A stretch of DNA of 29,525 nt from a virus (lineage: Duplodnaviria; Caudoviricetes), in the IMG/VR virus record IMGVR_UViG_3300030708_000785, positions 1-29,525 of that record. The stretch is one strand, 5' to 3'. A program made the position numbers and the translations under genes. A model generated the notes under the pieces. That model did not search any database. It saw only the letters and a list, made by a program, of their open reading frames with translations, and was not told where the DNA came from. Of this stretch, positions 17,042-25,993 are shown piece by piece. Position 1 is the first letter of the stretch. The number at the start of each line of letters is the position of its first letter.

Positions 17042-19923
17042 TGAAAGGATACATAGAAATTTATCAAGGAAACTCTTCGGGAAAAGACTTAATTTTCGAA
17101 GAGCATAATTTGATTGTAGATGCTGCTGGAGAACATGTGGTAGATGCTTTAACTATAAACCCTGAACCATCTTCATTAGACCAACAAACAGCTTATTCTA
17201 CTGCTGTATCTGGTATGGGAATAAAAGCCATGACTTTAGGTCCTGCAAAAGAAAATTTTAGATATAGAACTGCAAGACACTTAACTCCAACTCTAGCTTC
17301 TGGAACATCTGTAGATAAATTCTATAATCTAGAACCTAGAATTTTTAATTATAATTTTTCTGGAACAGGTCCAAACCTTTTAATAGACGGAGCATCTGCA
17401 TTAGATAATATAAATTTTATAGAGACTCAGAGTTACCTTAAAAATACAAAATTTGAAACCAACACCCCTGGTCCAGTAGATGCGGTAAACAGAGGTGAGT
17501 GTAGACAATTAAACATAGCAGATTTTGAAGATTGGACTACATACAATCCTATTATAGAAAGCTCTACCCCTAATGATGATTTAAGCCTCAGTGGTAGTGT
17601 AAGATGGTACGCCTCTTCTTTATCTCTAGGGTTAGACCAAAAATCTGCAGGGTATGTTGATTTAAGAGCGTCATCGTATGAGCATATAAACAACGGTTTA
17701 ATGAAGGCTGCTGCTTATATAGAACAGACATTTCAAATCCCTAAAGAAGAAAATCATTTAGTAAACGGAGATACTGTTTCTAGAAGTGATTTATTTTCTG
17801 ATGGTTATAACTTATCTTTTTGGTGCATGTCAGAACATGCTAGTGCAAATGATTTGAGAGTAGAGCTTAGAAGTTCCACAGGTAAAACATATTGTTTCAG
17901 CGGTAACGCAGGAGACCATTCAAGATGGTTGGATACCGCTACTGACGCTTTACCTTTGAAGATTCCTAAGTCTGCCTCATGGAAGTTCGTTTCAATACCT
18001 ATAAACTTCCACACCTTTACAGATGATTTACAAGGAGATATAACTGTTAGATTTTTAGGTGCAGGTACAGCCTCAGCATTTCAAAGTTGGTACATAGCAA
18101 GCCCTTCTTTTGGTAGGATACCTGGAATAGATAATCAATACACTAATGCAAGCTCGTTCATATATCCTTTGGAGAGTAGTGCTCTTGCTTGTAGATTCCA
18201 ACATAATCAATTCCAGTTTAATCATCCTTATTTTTCACAGAAAGTTACAGGATTGGAAGAAGGTAGGTCATACTACTTAGCAATTAAATATAAAACTATT
18301 AATAGCTCACAAGCTCCCAAGATTGAACTTCTAAAAAATAATAGCATAGCTGATGATTTAGAAGAGTATGATTATTATAATTTTACAACTCATCAATGGG
18401 AACAATCTTCTGCAGGGTACCCTGTAAACGACGCACCTTACACTCTTCCTCTATCCACTTCCGTGGTTACTGAGACCGTAGGACCTATAACAGGAGTTAG
18501 CGCAAATGATGTTTATATTAGATGGATTCCAAATTCAAGAAACCAACTTGATACTTCTGAGTTTGTTGGATTTGAACTTTCTGAAATAAAAGTTGTAGAT
18601 GCACCTCATATATTATTTCAAGGGGATTATAATCTTGACAATTATACAGAAGATACTAGCGACAACGCAGTATTTACAAAATCACCTGTTATAAAAAATA
18701 CTTTAAAGAATTTACATTACAATAAAACAGCTGCGGTAAACGTACAAAGCAATCCGTCAGGAACTGATTACTACGCTCAATTTGATTTTAAAGAAGACGC
18801 TTCTGCAGGTAGATTTGATATAACTCACACAATGACAAAAGAAGAGTTAGCTCCTTTGTCCGGTGATTATATCCACTACGCTTTTAAATATCAGCACACC
18901 GCAAATGTTAACGGTATAGCTGTAGAGTTAAAAGCTCACACTTCAGACGATAAGACTTATACTTATGATTCGGATGCAAGTGGATGGCGTAGAAATACGG
19001 ATGATTTAGCTGCATGGTCCAATCCCACGGACAACACTATCACTGTAGGAGCAGGAACATTTTTTGAGTACTTCTCAGATGGAATACCTTCACCTAGATT
19101 CTTAGACGATGATACTAGGTTAGAGTTTAAGATTACTCCGTATGCTTCAAAAGATGCGGCAGGTAATTATACTGCAAGTGCAGATTCATCTTTACTACTA
19201 TCAGATATTAGAGTTTATAGAAGTAATTCTTCTTTCGATATAAGTTCATTTACTCCTGAAAGCCCTTCACCTCTTGACACTACGGTTCAAACTAGTTCTG
19301 TAGGTCCTGGCAAATTAGGACATTTTCTAAATTATATTAGCTTCTCAGCTCATGGAGCATATGCAGATTTAGATTTCGAAGATATTGTATCTCATGGATG
19401 TTACATCCCTTCTGGAGGTATCACACTTCCCGCAGACACCTTTGGATATACTAATGATGGTTCTAGGGTTAATGATATGTCTGGAGCTGCAGTAGTAGGC
19501 AAACTTAATGATACTAGTTCTGTAAACAGTGATGGATTTATCTTAGAAAGTAGAGTAGCTAGAGGTTCTCAAGTAGAAGGAGATGCGAGTGCTGGATTCG
19601 TGGTATCTGCTATAGGAACTTTAAGCTCCACAAGAGAAGTAAAATATATTTTAACAATAAAATACGAAGATTGGAAATTTTTAGACTATTACTACGGAGG
19701 GATAGGCTCTATAGGCTTATGGACCTTAGATAGGAAAAAAACTCTAGCTAAATACGCAGATGAAACAGAGACTGCGTCTATTGACCTATATAATCTAGAC
19801 CCGGCTCGTAATCCCGTGTTTAAGCTCTTTGCTAAGAAAATTTTCTTGCCAGGAGGTCTTAAACTTAACGAAGCCTCGTCTAATGACGATTACATCACCA
19901 TACACTGGGGAATAACATTTTAA
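17041..19923 (+). CDS. Tail-collar/fibre-attachment-like protein with large internal insertion of repeated beta-sandwich domains
   Basis: N-terminus (KGYIEIY...EHNLIVD) and C-terminus (VKYILTI...IGSIGLW...LFAKKIF...ITIHWGITF) match the two halves of the neighbouring 189-aa protein. Confidence 0.6.
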   Translation: MKGYIEIYQGNSSGKDLIFEEHNLIVDAAGEHVVDALTINPEPSSLDQQTAYSTAVSGMGIKAMTLGPAKENFRYRTARHLTPTLASGTSVDKFYNLEPRIFNYNFSGTGPNLLIDGASALDNINFIETQSYLKNTKFETNTPGPVDAVNRGECRQLNIADFEDWTTYNPIIESSTPNDDLSLSGSVRWYASSLSLGLDQKSAGYVDLRASSYEHINNGLMKAAAYIEQTFQIPKEENHLVNGDTVSRSDLFSDGYNLSFWCMSEHASANDLRVELRSSTGKTYCFSGNAGDHSRWLDTATDALPLKIPKSASWKFVSIPINFHTFTDDLQGDITVRFLGAGTASAFQSWYIASPSFGRIPGIDNQYTNASSFIYPLESSALACRFQHNQFQFNHPYFSQKVTGLEEGRSYYLAIKYKTINSSQAPKIELLKNNSIADDLEEYDYYNFTTHQWEQSSAGYPVNDAPYTLPLSTSVVTETVGPITGVSANDVYIRWIPNSRNQLDTSEFVGFELSEIKVVDAPHILFQGDYNLDNYTEDTSDNAVFTKSPVIKNTLKNLHYNKTAAVNVQSNPSGTDYYAQFDFKEDASAGRFDITHTMTKEELAPLSGDYIHYAFKYQHTANVNGIAVELKAHTSDDKTYTYDSDASGWRRNTDDLAAWSNPTDNTITVGAGTFFEYFSDGIPSPRFLDDDTRLEFKITPYASKDAAGNYTASADSSLLLSDIRVYRSNSSFDISSFTPESPSPLDTTVQTSSVGPGKLGHFLNYISFSAHGAYADLDFEDIVSHGCYIPSGGITLPADTFGYTNDGSRVNDMSGAAVVGKLNDTSSVNSDGFILESRVARGSQVEGDASAGFVVSAIGTLSSTREVKYILTIKYEDWKFLDYYYGGIGSIGLWTLDRKKTLAKYADETETASIDLYNLDPARNPVFKLFAKKIFLPGGLKLNEASSNDDYITIHWGITF

Positions 19924-20492
19924 TGGCATCACAATCACTTTTAGAACGACTAAATCCAAAAGGATATTTAGAAATTATTAAAAGGTACAATGACGGTACC
20001 TCTGAAGTCGTTATGTCTGACCATAACGTTATTACTGTTGGAATGGGACAAACTCTTGCAGAGATGTTCTCCATTTCAGATTTTGCTAAATCCATAGAAA
20101 ATTTTTCAATAGCATATTTTCAAGCAGGAACAGGTTCAGCAACAATGGCATCAAGCCTTACAGGGCTAACAACCCCTTTAACTGTAGCTAATTACGGGGA
20201 GACTGAACTAGATATACACACTCATAAGAGAGCAGGTTCCACATCCAACATGGCTTTTGCTAGGATAAACCCTGCTTATATTAATAAGAGTTCAGAAACT
20301 AAAGTTACATTCTCTCTAGTATTAGATGAGAATACCGCAAATGGAAAAGACATTAAAGAGATAGGTCTATTTAGTAAAAATCCATTTGCACACTCGGACG
20401 AGGTATCTTACATGGTTGCGTATCGTTCTTTCGCAGCATTATCCAAAGGAGAGGGATTCTCCTTAATCTTTAGATGGACCTTACAGTTTTAA
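19923..20492 (+). CDS. Tail-collar / fibre-attachment protein (DUF3751-like fold)
   Basis: KGYLEI...HNVITVGM...YFQAGTGS...VTFSLVLDENTANGKDIKEIGLF...MVAYRSFAALSK...LIFRWTLQF, typical of myophage collar/adapter proteins. Confidence 0.7.
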   Translation: MASQSLLERLNPKGYLEIIKRYNDGTSEVVMSDHNVITVGMGQTLAEMFSISDFAKSIENFSIAYFQAGTGSATMASSLTGLTTPLTVANYGETELDIHTHKRAGSTSNMAFARINPAYINKSSETKVTFSLVLDENTANGKDIKEIGLFSKNPFAHSDEVSYMVAYRSFAALSKGEGFSLIFRWTLQF

Positions 20493-20495
20493 ATT

Positions 20496-23400
20496 ATGAT
20501 TACAGATATCACTGGCGGTAATTACGTACTTTCTTCAAGAGCTCTTACAGATGTTAGAAAGTATACAGCAAGCTCCTTTTATAATTGGGAGCAAGACAAT
20601 ATTCCTATTGAAGATTTAGAAAGTAGAACAGATGCTCTCGCTCTAAACACAGGACAACTATCAACTTCTATCGAAGGAGTTACGATGGTGTTATCAAGTA
20701 CTGCCGATACCGATATGTCAGTATATGATAACATTACAGACATTTTGGATAGGATTCCAAAAATAATTACTTTTCCAATTCTAGTAGAGCTTTGTGAATA
20801 TGGAGATTTAGGTGAACTAAAACTAGAAGGTATAACCTTAAAAGGTAATGGAGCTTTACAGTTTATAAATAGAAACTATGCTGCCTCTATACAAGGCAAC
20901 CATGCAACTACCAGCAAGACTAGAGGATACACTCATTATACAGGACTTACACCTTATGGAGATGAAGCCTACGTAGACGAGATAGATTCAAGAGACTTAT
21001 GGAATACAATTTCAACAAAATCATCCGCACGGAATGGAGCTAGTTGTTTTGTTAGTGGTACTAATGGATGGAATCAAAACGCTTTAGTATTTGGAACTGT
21101 TCACAGTTCTTCTGAACAACCTATAAGAGAGCCATTCTTTTTCACCTCTAGTACACAACCTTTCATAATTGCGGAGACATCAAATACAGGTAATTTTACT
21201 TTTAAAGGTCTCCCATATGCTTGGGATAGAGACCAATCAGTAAGTGGTAGCGACGCTAATCCTAGAGAGTTTCAAGATTCATTACAACAATCATTTAGAG
21301 CTACAGACTATGCTTCTTCAGGAGCAGCTGCTGATGTAGTGTCTCCAATATATGCATACGCTAACCACTTCACTAATGTAAAAATAGAAGATTGTCGAGG
21401 AGGTCAAATACATTTGAAAGGTGTATGTGTAGATGGTGTAAGCGCAACCTCTTTGATAGACTCAGCTTACGGAACTCACCACGCATCCGCTATAGGTTTT
21501 GATATTCAAAACTCAGACGTTATTCTAACTTCTTGCGCATCTTTCAGAAATAGAAAAGCAGGATTTAAGATTGACAACTCTAACGTAACAGTTGAAGGTG
21601 GTATTGTAGGTTATCGTAATTACCCTCTAAATGGAACGAAGACCGGAAATCTTGCTACCGCTGAGAGACCTTCTACAGGGTTCTATGATAGGGACTTGTT
21701 TGATATTGATACTAGTGGACATGGATTCTACGCTACTAACTCAACTGTTAATTTTGATTCAGATAGCAGCTTAACTAATGTTTCGGGAACGTCCAACCTA
21801 GGTAAGCATGGTTATATGATGATGTCTAATGGAGGCAACGGATGGTTATTTGAAAACTGTAAAGTTTATGGTGGAGTTGGAGGACATACTGGAGACCACG
21901 AACAAGGTGCTGGTTATGAAGATTACCAAACAACTCAGTTAATATCATCCTTTAATAAATTAAATGGATTTGTTTTTGAAGATTCCAATGTTAAGTACCA
22001 AGGTATTATCAGAGCACAGGCTAATGAAGTAGATGGTGTAAGAGCTACTAAATCTTACTTAGGAGCAATGGGTGTCATGTCTGAATGTAATCAAGAAACC
22101 GGATTAAACTTAGACGCTACTAAGTTTGTTTATAATATCGGAGCTCAAAGATATACAGCAGGATACGACCAAGGTGATGCTAATGCATGGGAACATAGAG
22201 CAGGACATTCAAGAACAACTCCTGCAATGTGTGTTACAGATAACGGAGCTTATAATATTAAAGTTCACAACAACTCTAACTTTAGCGATTCTAAAATTGC
22301 AAAATCAGGTGAGTATGCAGGGTTAATTGGAGGTAGGGTTTACCCTACTTTAACACGAGCTATGCAAGCTGCTAATGGTAAGATTTTAAGTGGAGCTACT
22401 ATTAATGAGTACGAAAAAGGAAATTTACCTCTAATCTCTGTTGATAATAATTCACATGCTAGATTGCTAGGTCTTGCTGCTTTTAATGATATTATGAAAG
22501 ATGGTCACGCAGACTCTAGCTCTGTAAAAGCATCTGTCAAAGGTAGAGCGTTACAAGTTACTAATAATTCAACGGCAGACCTTTACGGAACCTCCGCGTA
22601 CTCTACAGTTATATCAGCAGCCGCATTCTCTGACACTGCTGCCGAATTAAAAGTAGAGTGGACCAAGAGTGGTCTTTACGCAGGCAATAATTCTAGGATT
22701 AGAATATCAGGTCCTACTAAAATTACTTCACACGGTGTAGGTGCTCTTGCTGAGCACTTCTCTAAGATAGAGATTGGACCTGCTTTAGATGATGAAGGGG
22801 TTTATGATGAGTCGTTAAATCCTAATGATAAAGACGGGCATACCCGAGTAGAGATTCACTCTTCTAGAGCGTGTTTAGTAGCTAACGATAAATCAACTTT
22901 AGAGATGATTAAATGCGGTACTCCCGCATCTGGATTCTATACTGAATCTAGTATTAATCAAACCTCTGTACAACTTGCTGATAAATCAGACGGAGCTCAC
23001 ACTAACGCTTTTATTCAGTTCTATCCTCAAGGATTTACAGAAGAAGCTGCTAATAATAACGGAGGAGCTCACGGAACTAGCAGTGCTAAACTAACAAACT
23101 ATAGAGGTATGCATAGCGTACCAGGAGCTCACGCTAGAGGCTCTGCAGGTCTTGATAGCTCTTCGAGTCCTGACACAACCAAACAAGATGAGAAATCTTC
23201 GGGAGGAATGTGCGTAAGAGCTGTTGGTGGAAGTAATGTAATTGTAGACCAAGTAAACTTCCAAGTTAAGGCAAATGCTTACGACCTTTCAGGAGCTTAC
23301 TACAACATTGACGGCTCTGGAGGAGAACATATCCACGGATACGCAGGAAGACGTTTTGACAGTGATGGATTTGTTACTGTAGATGGAGCTTCTGGATTCT

Positions 23401-24377
23401 TTGGAAGTACTTCCTCTCACTATGGAGGTTCTCAAATCCTCATGTGGAACATTGCTGACAACTCAAGAATAGTAGCATCTAACTTGAGAGTTAACGGAGC
23501 CGACCCTTCTGCATGTGGATTCCATGGACCTGCAGGTAGGTATGGAGCTGCTAGTGGATTAGGGGATACTTTAGGTCCTTTAGATTATTATGGTAAAGGC
23601 GGTGCATACGCATTCCATAATGACAATGGTAATTTAGCCGGAAGTACAGGATTTACAAATACAGGTCCTTTCCGATTAATGACTGGAGTTTGTTCTGACT
23701 TGATGGGTTACTATGAATTTATTAGAGAATCAGCAAGCGAGGATACAGATTTATATACAGACCAAGCTAGTGGTAACGTAGCTGCAGGAAGACAAGCTCA
23801 CCAAGATTTAGGAGGCTCCCCTATAGCTCAATTAAATGCACAAGGCTATGCAGGAGCAGGTACAGCAGCGAGCTCTGTAGACGGCGCGGATGATAGACGA
23901 TTACACTCTATGATTGAACAGCAGTGGTACTCCGCAGGAGATATCGAAGGGTTACCTCCTATAGTTTCCAAGTTGGATTATAACCATTATGGTCAACCTA
24001 TTTGGGGTGGTTATAGGAACCTAGACATGGACACTAACATGTATGTGGCTAGTAATACAATATTCCCAAATCAAATGCTTGATACAGCAACTATAGGACA
24101 ACATGATAATAATGCAGTTCCTCTCGCAAGTCAGGTGCCTCTACCTCCACTACACATGGAATGGCAAGGCTATCTAAGAAACTTCTTAGATGAAACTGCA
24201 GCAGACACATTTGCTAATGCAAAACACTCTGCAAGTAAGATGGTAAAACAATGTTCAATCTTCAGGTCTACTACTGACCCATTAAGAGGTGGTGAAGGTA
24301 GAGATGGTACTGGAGACTATTCATTCGGACACGGAGTTCGCTCTTTGAATCTTTTCGACCTAGATAAATTAGTATAA
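20496..24377 (+). CDS. Tailspike / receptor-binding protein with right-handed parallel beta-helix (pectin-lyase-like), possible polysaccharide depolymerase
   Basis: Capping helix ITDILDRIPKIITFPILVEL, then repeated rungs N-x-x-x-G-F/W/V/L: NRKAGFKIDNSNV, NGGNGWLFENCKV, NKLNGFVFEDSNV, NEVDGVRATKSYL, NQETGLNLDATKF. Confidence 0.7.
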   Translation: MITDITGGNYVLSSRALTDVRKYTASSFYNWEQDNIPIEDLESRTDALALNTGQLSTSIEGVTMVLSSTADTDMSVYDNITDILDRIPKIITFPILVELCEYGDLGELKLEGITLKGNGALQFINRNYAASIQGNHATTSKTRGYTHYTGLTPYGDEAYVDEIDSRDLWNTISTKSSARNGASCFVSGTNGWNQNALVFGTVHSSSEQPIREPFFFTSSTQPFIIAETSNTGNFTFKGLPYAWDRDQSVSGSDANPREFQDSLQQSFRATDYASSGAAADVVSPIYAYANHFTNVKIEDCRGGQIHLKGVCVDGVSATSLIDSAYGTHHASAIGFDIQNSDVILTSCASFRNRKAGFKIDNSNVTVEGGIVGYRNYPLNGTKTGNLATAERPSTGFYDRDLFDIDTSGHGFYATNSTVNFDSDSSLTNVSGTSNLGKHGYMMMSNGGNGWLFENCKVYGGVGGHTGDHEQGAGYEDYQTTQLISSFNKLNGFVFEDSNVKYQGIIRAQANEVDGVRATKSYLGAMGVMSECNQETGLNLDATKFVYNIGAQRYTAGYDQGDANAWEHRAGHSRTTPAMCVTDNGAYNIKVHNNSNFSDSKIAKSGEYAGLIGGRVYPTLTRAMQAANGKILSGATINEYEKGNLPLISVDNNSHARLLGLAAFNDIMKDGHADSSSVKASVKGRALQVTNNSTADLYGTSAYSTVISAAAFSDTAAELKVEWTKSGLYAGNNSRIRISGPTKITSHGVGALAEHFSKIEIGPALDDEGVYDESLNPNDKDGHTRVEIHSSRACLVANDKSTLEMIKCGTPASGFYTESSINQTSVQLADKSDGAHTNAFIQFYPQGFTEEAANNNGGAHGTSSAKLTNYRGMHSVPGAHARGSAGLDSSSSPDTTKQDEKSSGGMCVRAVGGSNVIVDQVNFQVKANAYDLSGAYYNIDGSGGEHIHGYAGRRFDSDGFVTVDGASGFFGSTSSHYGGSQILMWNIADNSRIVASNLRVNGADPSACGFHGPAGRYGAASGLGDTLGPLDYYGKGGAYAFHNDNGNLAGSTGFTNTGPFRLMTGVCSDLMGYYEFIRESASEDTDLYTDQASGNVAAGRQAHQDLGGSPIAQLNAQGYAGAGTAASSVDGADDRRLHSMIEQQWYSAGDIEGLPPIVSKLDYNHYGQPIWGGYRNLDMDTNMYVASNTIFPNQMLDTATIGQHDNNAVPLASQVPLPPLHMEWQGYLRNFLDETAADTFANAKHSASKMVKQCSIFRSTTDPLRGGEGRDGTGDYSFGHGVRSLNLFDLDKLV

Positions 24378-25423
24378 TGGTAACAGTAAACGAAAATATT
24401 AGATTTTATAAACCAAACGACCCTTACTTTTATGAGGTTGATAATCTTCCGTTGATAGATTTACTAGAGAATGATAAAACATTAGCAGCAGCTATAAATG
24501 ATATCTTACTAAGTCAATCTAATTTTGCTACCGAAGGATATGTGCAGGATGCAATAGGAGACGTTAATCAAATTGATATTAATGGAGATAATATTACACT
24601 TCCTAATAATGTTATAGATTGGGTGTTACAACAAGGTTATGGTCAAGGCACTCTTGAAAGTTTAACAGATACGGATTTAACAGGTATCAGTGATGGAGAT
24701 ACTTTAGTTTTTGATTCAGGAACTTTTGTCCCTGGGAAAGCTACTAGTGATATAGTTTATTTTACTGAGCCTTTATACTTCATGAATGAGATGGAGTACG
24801 GAGTTGATATTACTACAGGAGAGTTGTTAGGGAGACCTGGAGGAGTAGGTCTACAATCTAGCCCCGCACCTTTAAAAGGTGAAAAACATGACCAGTTAGG
24901 CTCATTTAAGTTCGGTGAATCTAGTGATTTATTTGCAGGAAATAGCGGTCGTCTAGGTGTGTATAGAATGTATAATGTAATGAATAATAGTAGCTTTAAT
25001 GGTGTAAATTTAAGAGACCAAGGTCTTTTTAAATTTAGAAGAACCTTCGCTGAGTGCGGATTACCTCCAGAAACTACATCTATATTCATGGCTGCTTTCG
25101 TTAATGATGTTGCAAAATCAACTAGTGCTGATAGGTCAAGTAGAGTAATTTTTAGAAATCTCCCACCAGCAACCAATTCATTTGGAACTTCATACCCTGG
25201 GAACTGTCTTGTACATTGTTATTCAGACGGACAAGCAAATTCAACATTCCAAGCTAGCCATTTTCAACCAGTGCAGGAGTATTATTTAGGTGAAAATCAA
25301 ATAGTGAATCAAACTGTAGAATTTGAATTCAGGACCACCTCTTTAAATGTCCAAGAAGTTAATCCTCAATTGAAAAACCGTCCCGGCTTTTCACTCGTAA
25401 TTATCGGTTATAAAGTAGGATAA
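24377..25423 (+). CDS. Short tail fibre / second receptor-binding protein
   Basis: N-terminal anchor similar to the preceding tailspike. Fibre repeat LESLTDTDLTGISDGDTLVFDSGTFVPG. Globular beta-rich C-terminus. Confidence 0.6.
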   Translation: MVTVNENIRFYKPNDPYFYEVDNLPLIDLLENDKTLAAAINDILLSQSNFATEGYVQDAIGDVNQIDINGDNITLPNNVIDWVLQQGYGQGTLESLTDTDLTGISDGDTLVFDSGTFVPGKATSDIVYFTEPLYFMNEMEYGVDITTGELLGRPGGVGLQSSPAPLKGEKHDQLGSFKFGESSDLFAGNSGRLGVYRMYNVMNNSSFNGVNLRDQGLFKFRRTFAECGLPPETTSIFMAAFVNDVAKSTSADRSSRVIFRNLPPATNSFGTSYPGNCLVHCYSDGQANSTFQASHFQPVQEYYLGENQIVNQTVEFEFRTTSLNVQEVNPQLKNRPGFSLVIIGYKVG

Positions 25424-25426
25424 TAT

Positions 25427-25903
25427 ATGAAAAAGCTATTACTACTTGTCCCTTTACTAGCTTCATGTTCTACATTGGCACCAATCGTTGGAGGAGCAGT
25501 AGGAGGAGCAGCAGGCTCTTTAGGAGGTCCCGCAACAGCAGCCATAGGAGGCGCAGCAGGGGTTACTGTAGCACAGATGACCTTCCCTAGCAATTCTACC
25601 CCCGTAAGTACAGAAGTCGCGTTAGCTGCAGCGCAAGCAGGTAAACCAGCACCAGGAACTGTAGCATCCACAATACATGAAACTAAGAGTTTAGTATTCG
25701 AGTTAGGATGGATGTACTTGCTAATATTTGTCCTAGTTCCGCTATTCACTAAGAGAGGTAGAACTTGGGTCAAGAAGTTTAGCGAAATACATAACACTGT
25801 ATCACAAAAGGATATAGATGCTAGAGATGAGGCACAAGATGTTAAGATTACAGAGTTAGAAGATAAAATAAATGAACTTCTAGCTTCAAATAAAAATAAT
25901 TAA
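25427..25903 (+). CDS. Glycine-zipper lipoprotein with a second hydrophobic helix and C-terminal coiled coil (possible spanin-like or membrane protein)
   Basis: Signal peptide and lipobox MKKLLLLVPLLAS-C14, GGAVGGAAGSLGGPATAAIGGAAG zipper, TM segment LVFELGWMYLLIFVLVPLF followed by KRGR. Confidence 0.7.
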   Translation: MKKLLLLVPLLASCSTLAPIVGGAVGGAAGSLGGPATAAIGGAAGVTVAQMTFPSNSTPVSTEVALAAAQAGKPAPGTVASTIHETKSLVFELGWMYLLIFVLVPLFTKRGRTWVKKFSEIHNTVSQKDIDARDEAQDVKITELEDKINELLASNKNN

Positions 25904-25928
25904 AAAATGTTGTTGCCTAGTATGGACT

Positions 25929-25936
25929 ACTAGATA
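25929..25936 (+). promoter_or_regulatory. Putative phage late promoter (ACTAGATA)
   Basis: Lies in the 90-nt intergenic gap before the head module. Resembles T4 late promoter TATAAATA and recurs as AGTAGATA in the other long gap. Confidence 0.4.
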
Positions 25937-25942
25937 ATCTAG

Positions 25943-25963
25943 AAGGTTTAAAATTAAAACCTT
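25943..25963 (+). promoter_or_regulatory. Small hairpin in leader of head module
   Basis: AAGGTTT-N7-AAACCTT inverted repeat, not followed by a U tract. Confidence 0.3.
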
Positions 25964-25993
25964 ACCCTCACTTAAAAACAAAAGGAAAGAATT

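Noticed and set aside
25200-25423. Diversity-generating retroelement variable repeat at the fibre C-terminus
   Set aside because: No near-identical template repeat or reverse transcriptase in the window, and no C-type-lectin GFR-type ending. Cannot be excluded genome-wide.
25490-25562. GGAGGAGCAG-type short tandem repeats
   Set aside because: They simply encode the glycine zipper; no spacer structure, not CRISPR.
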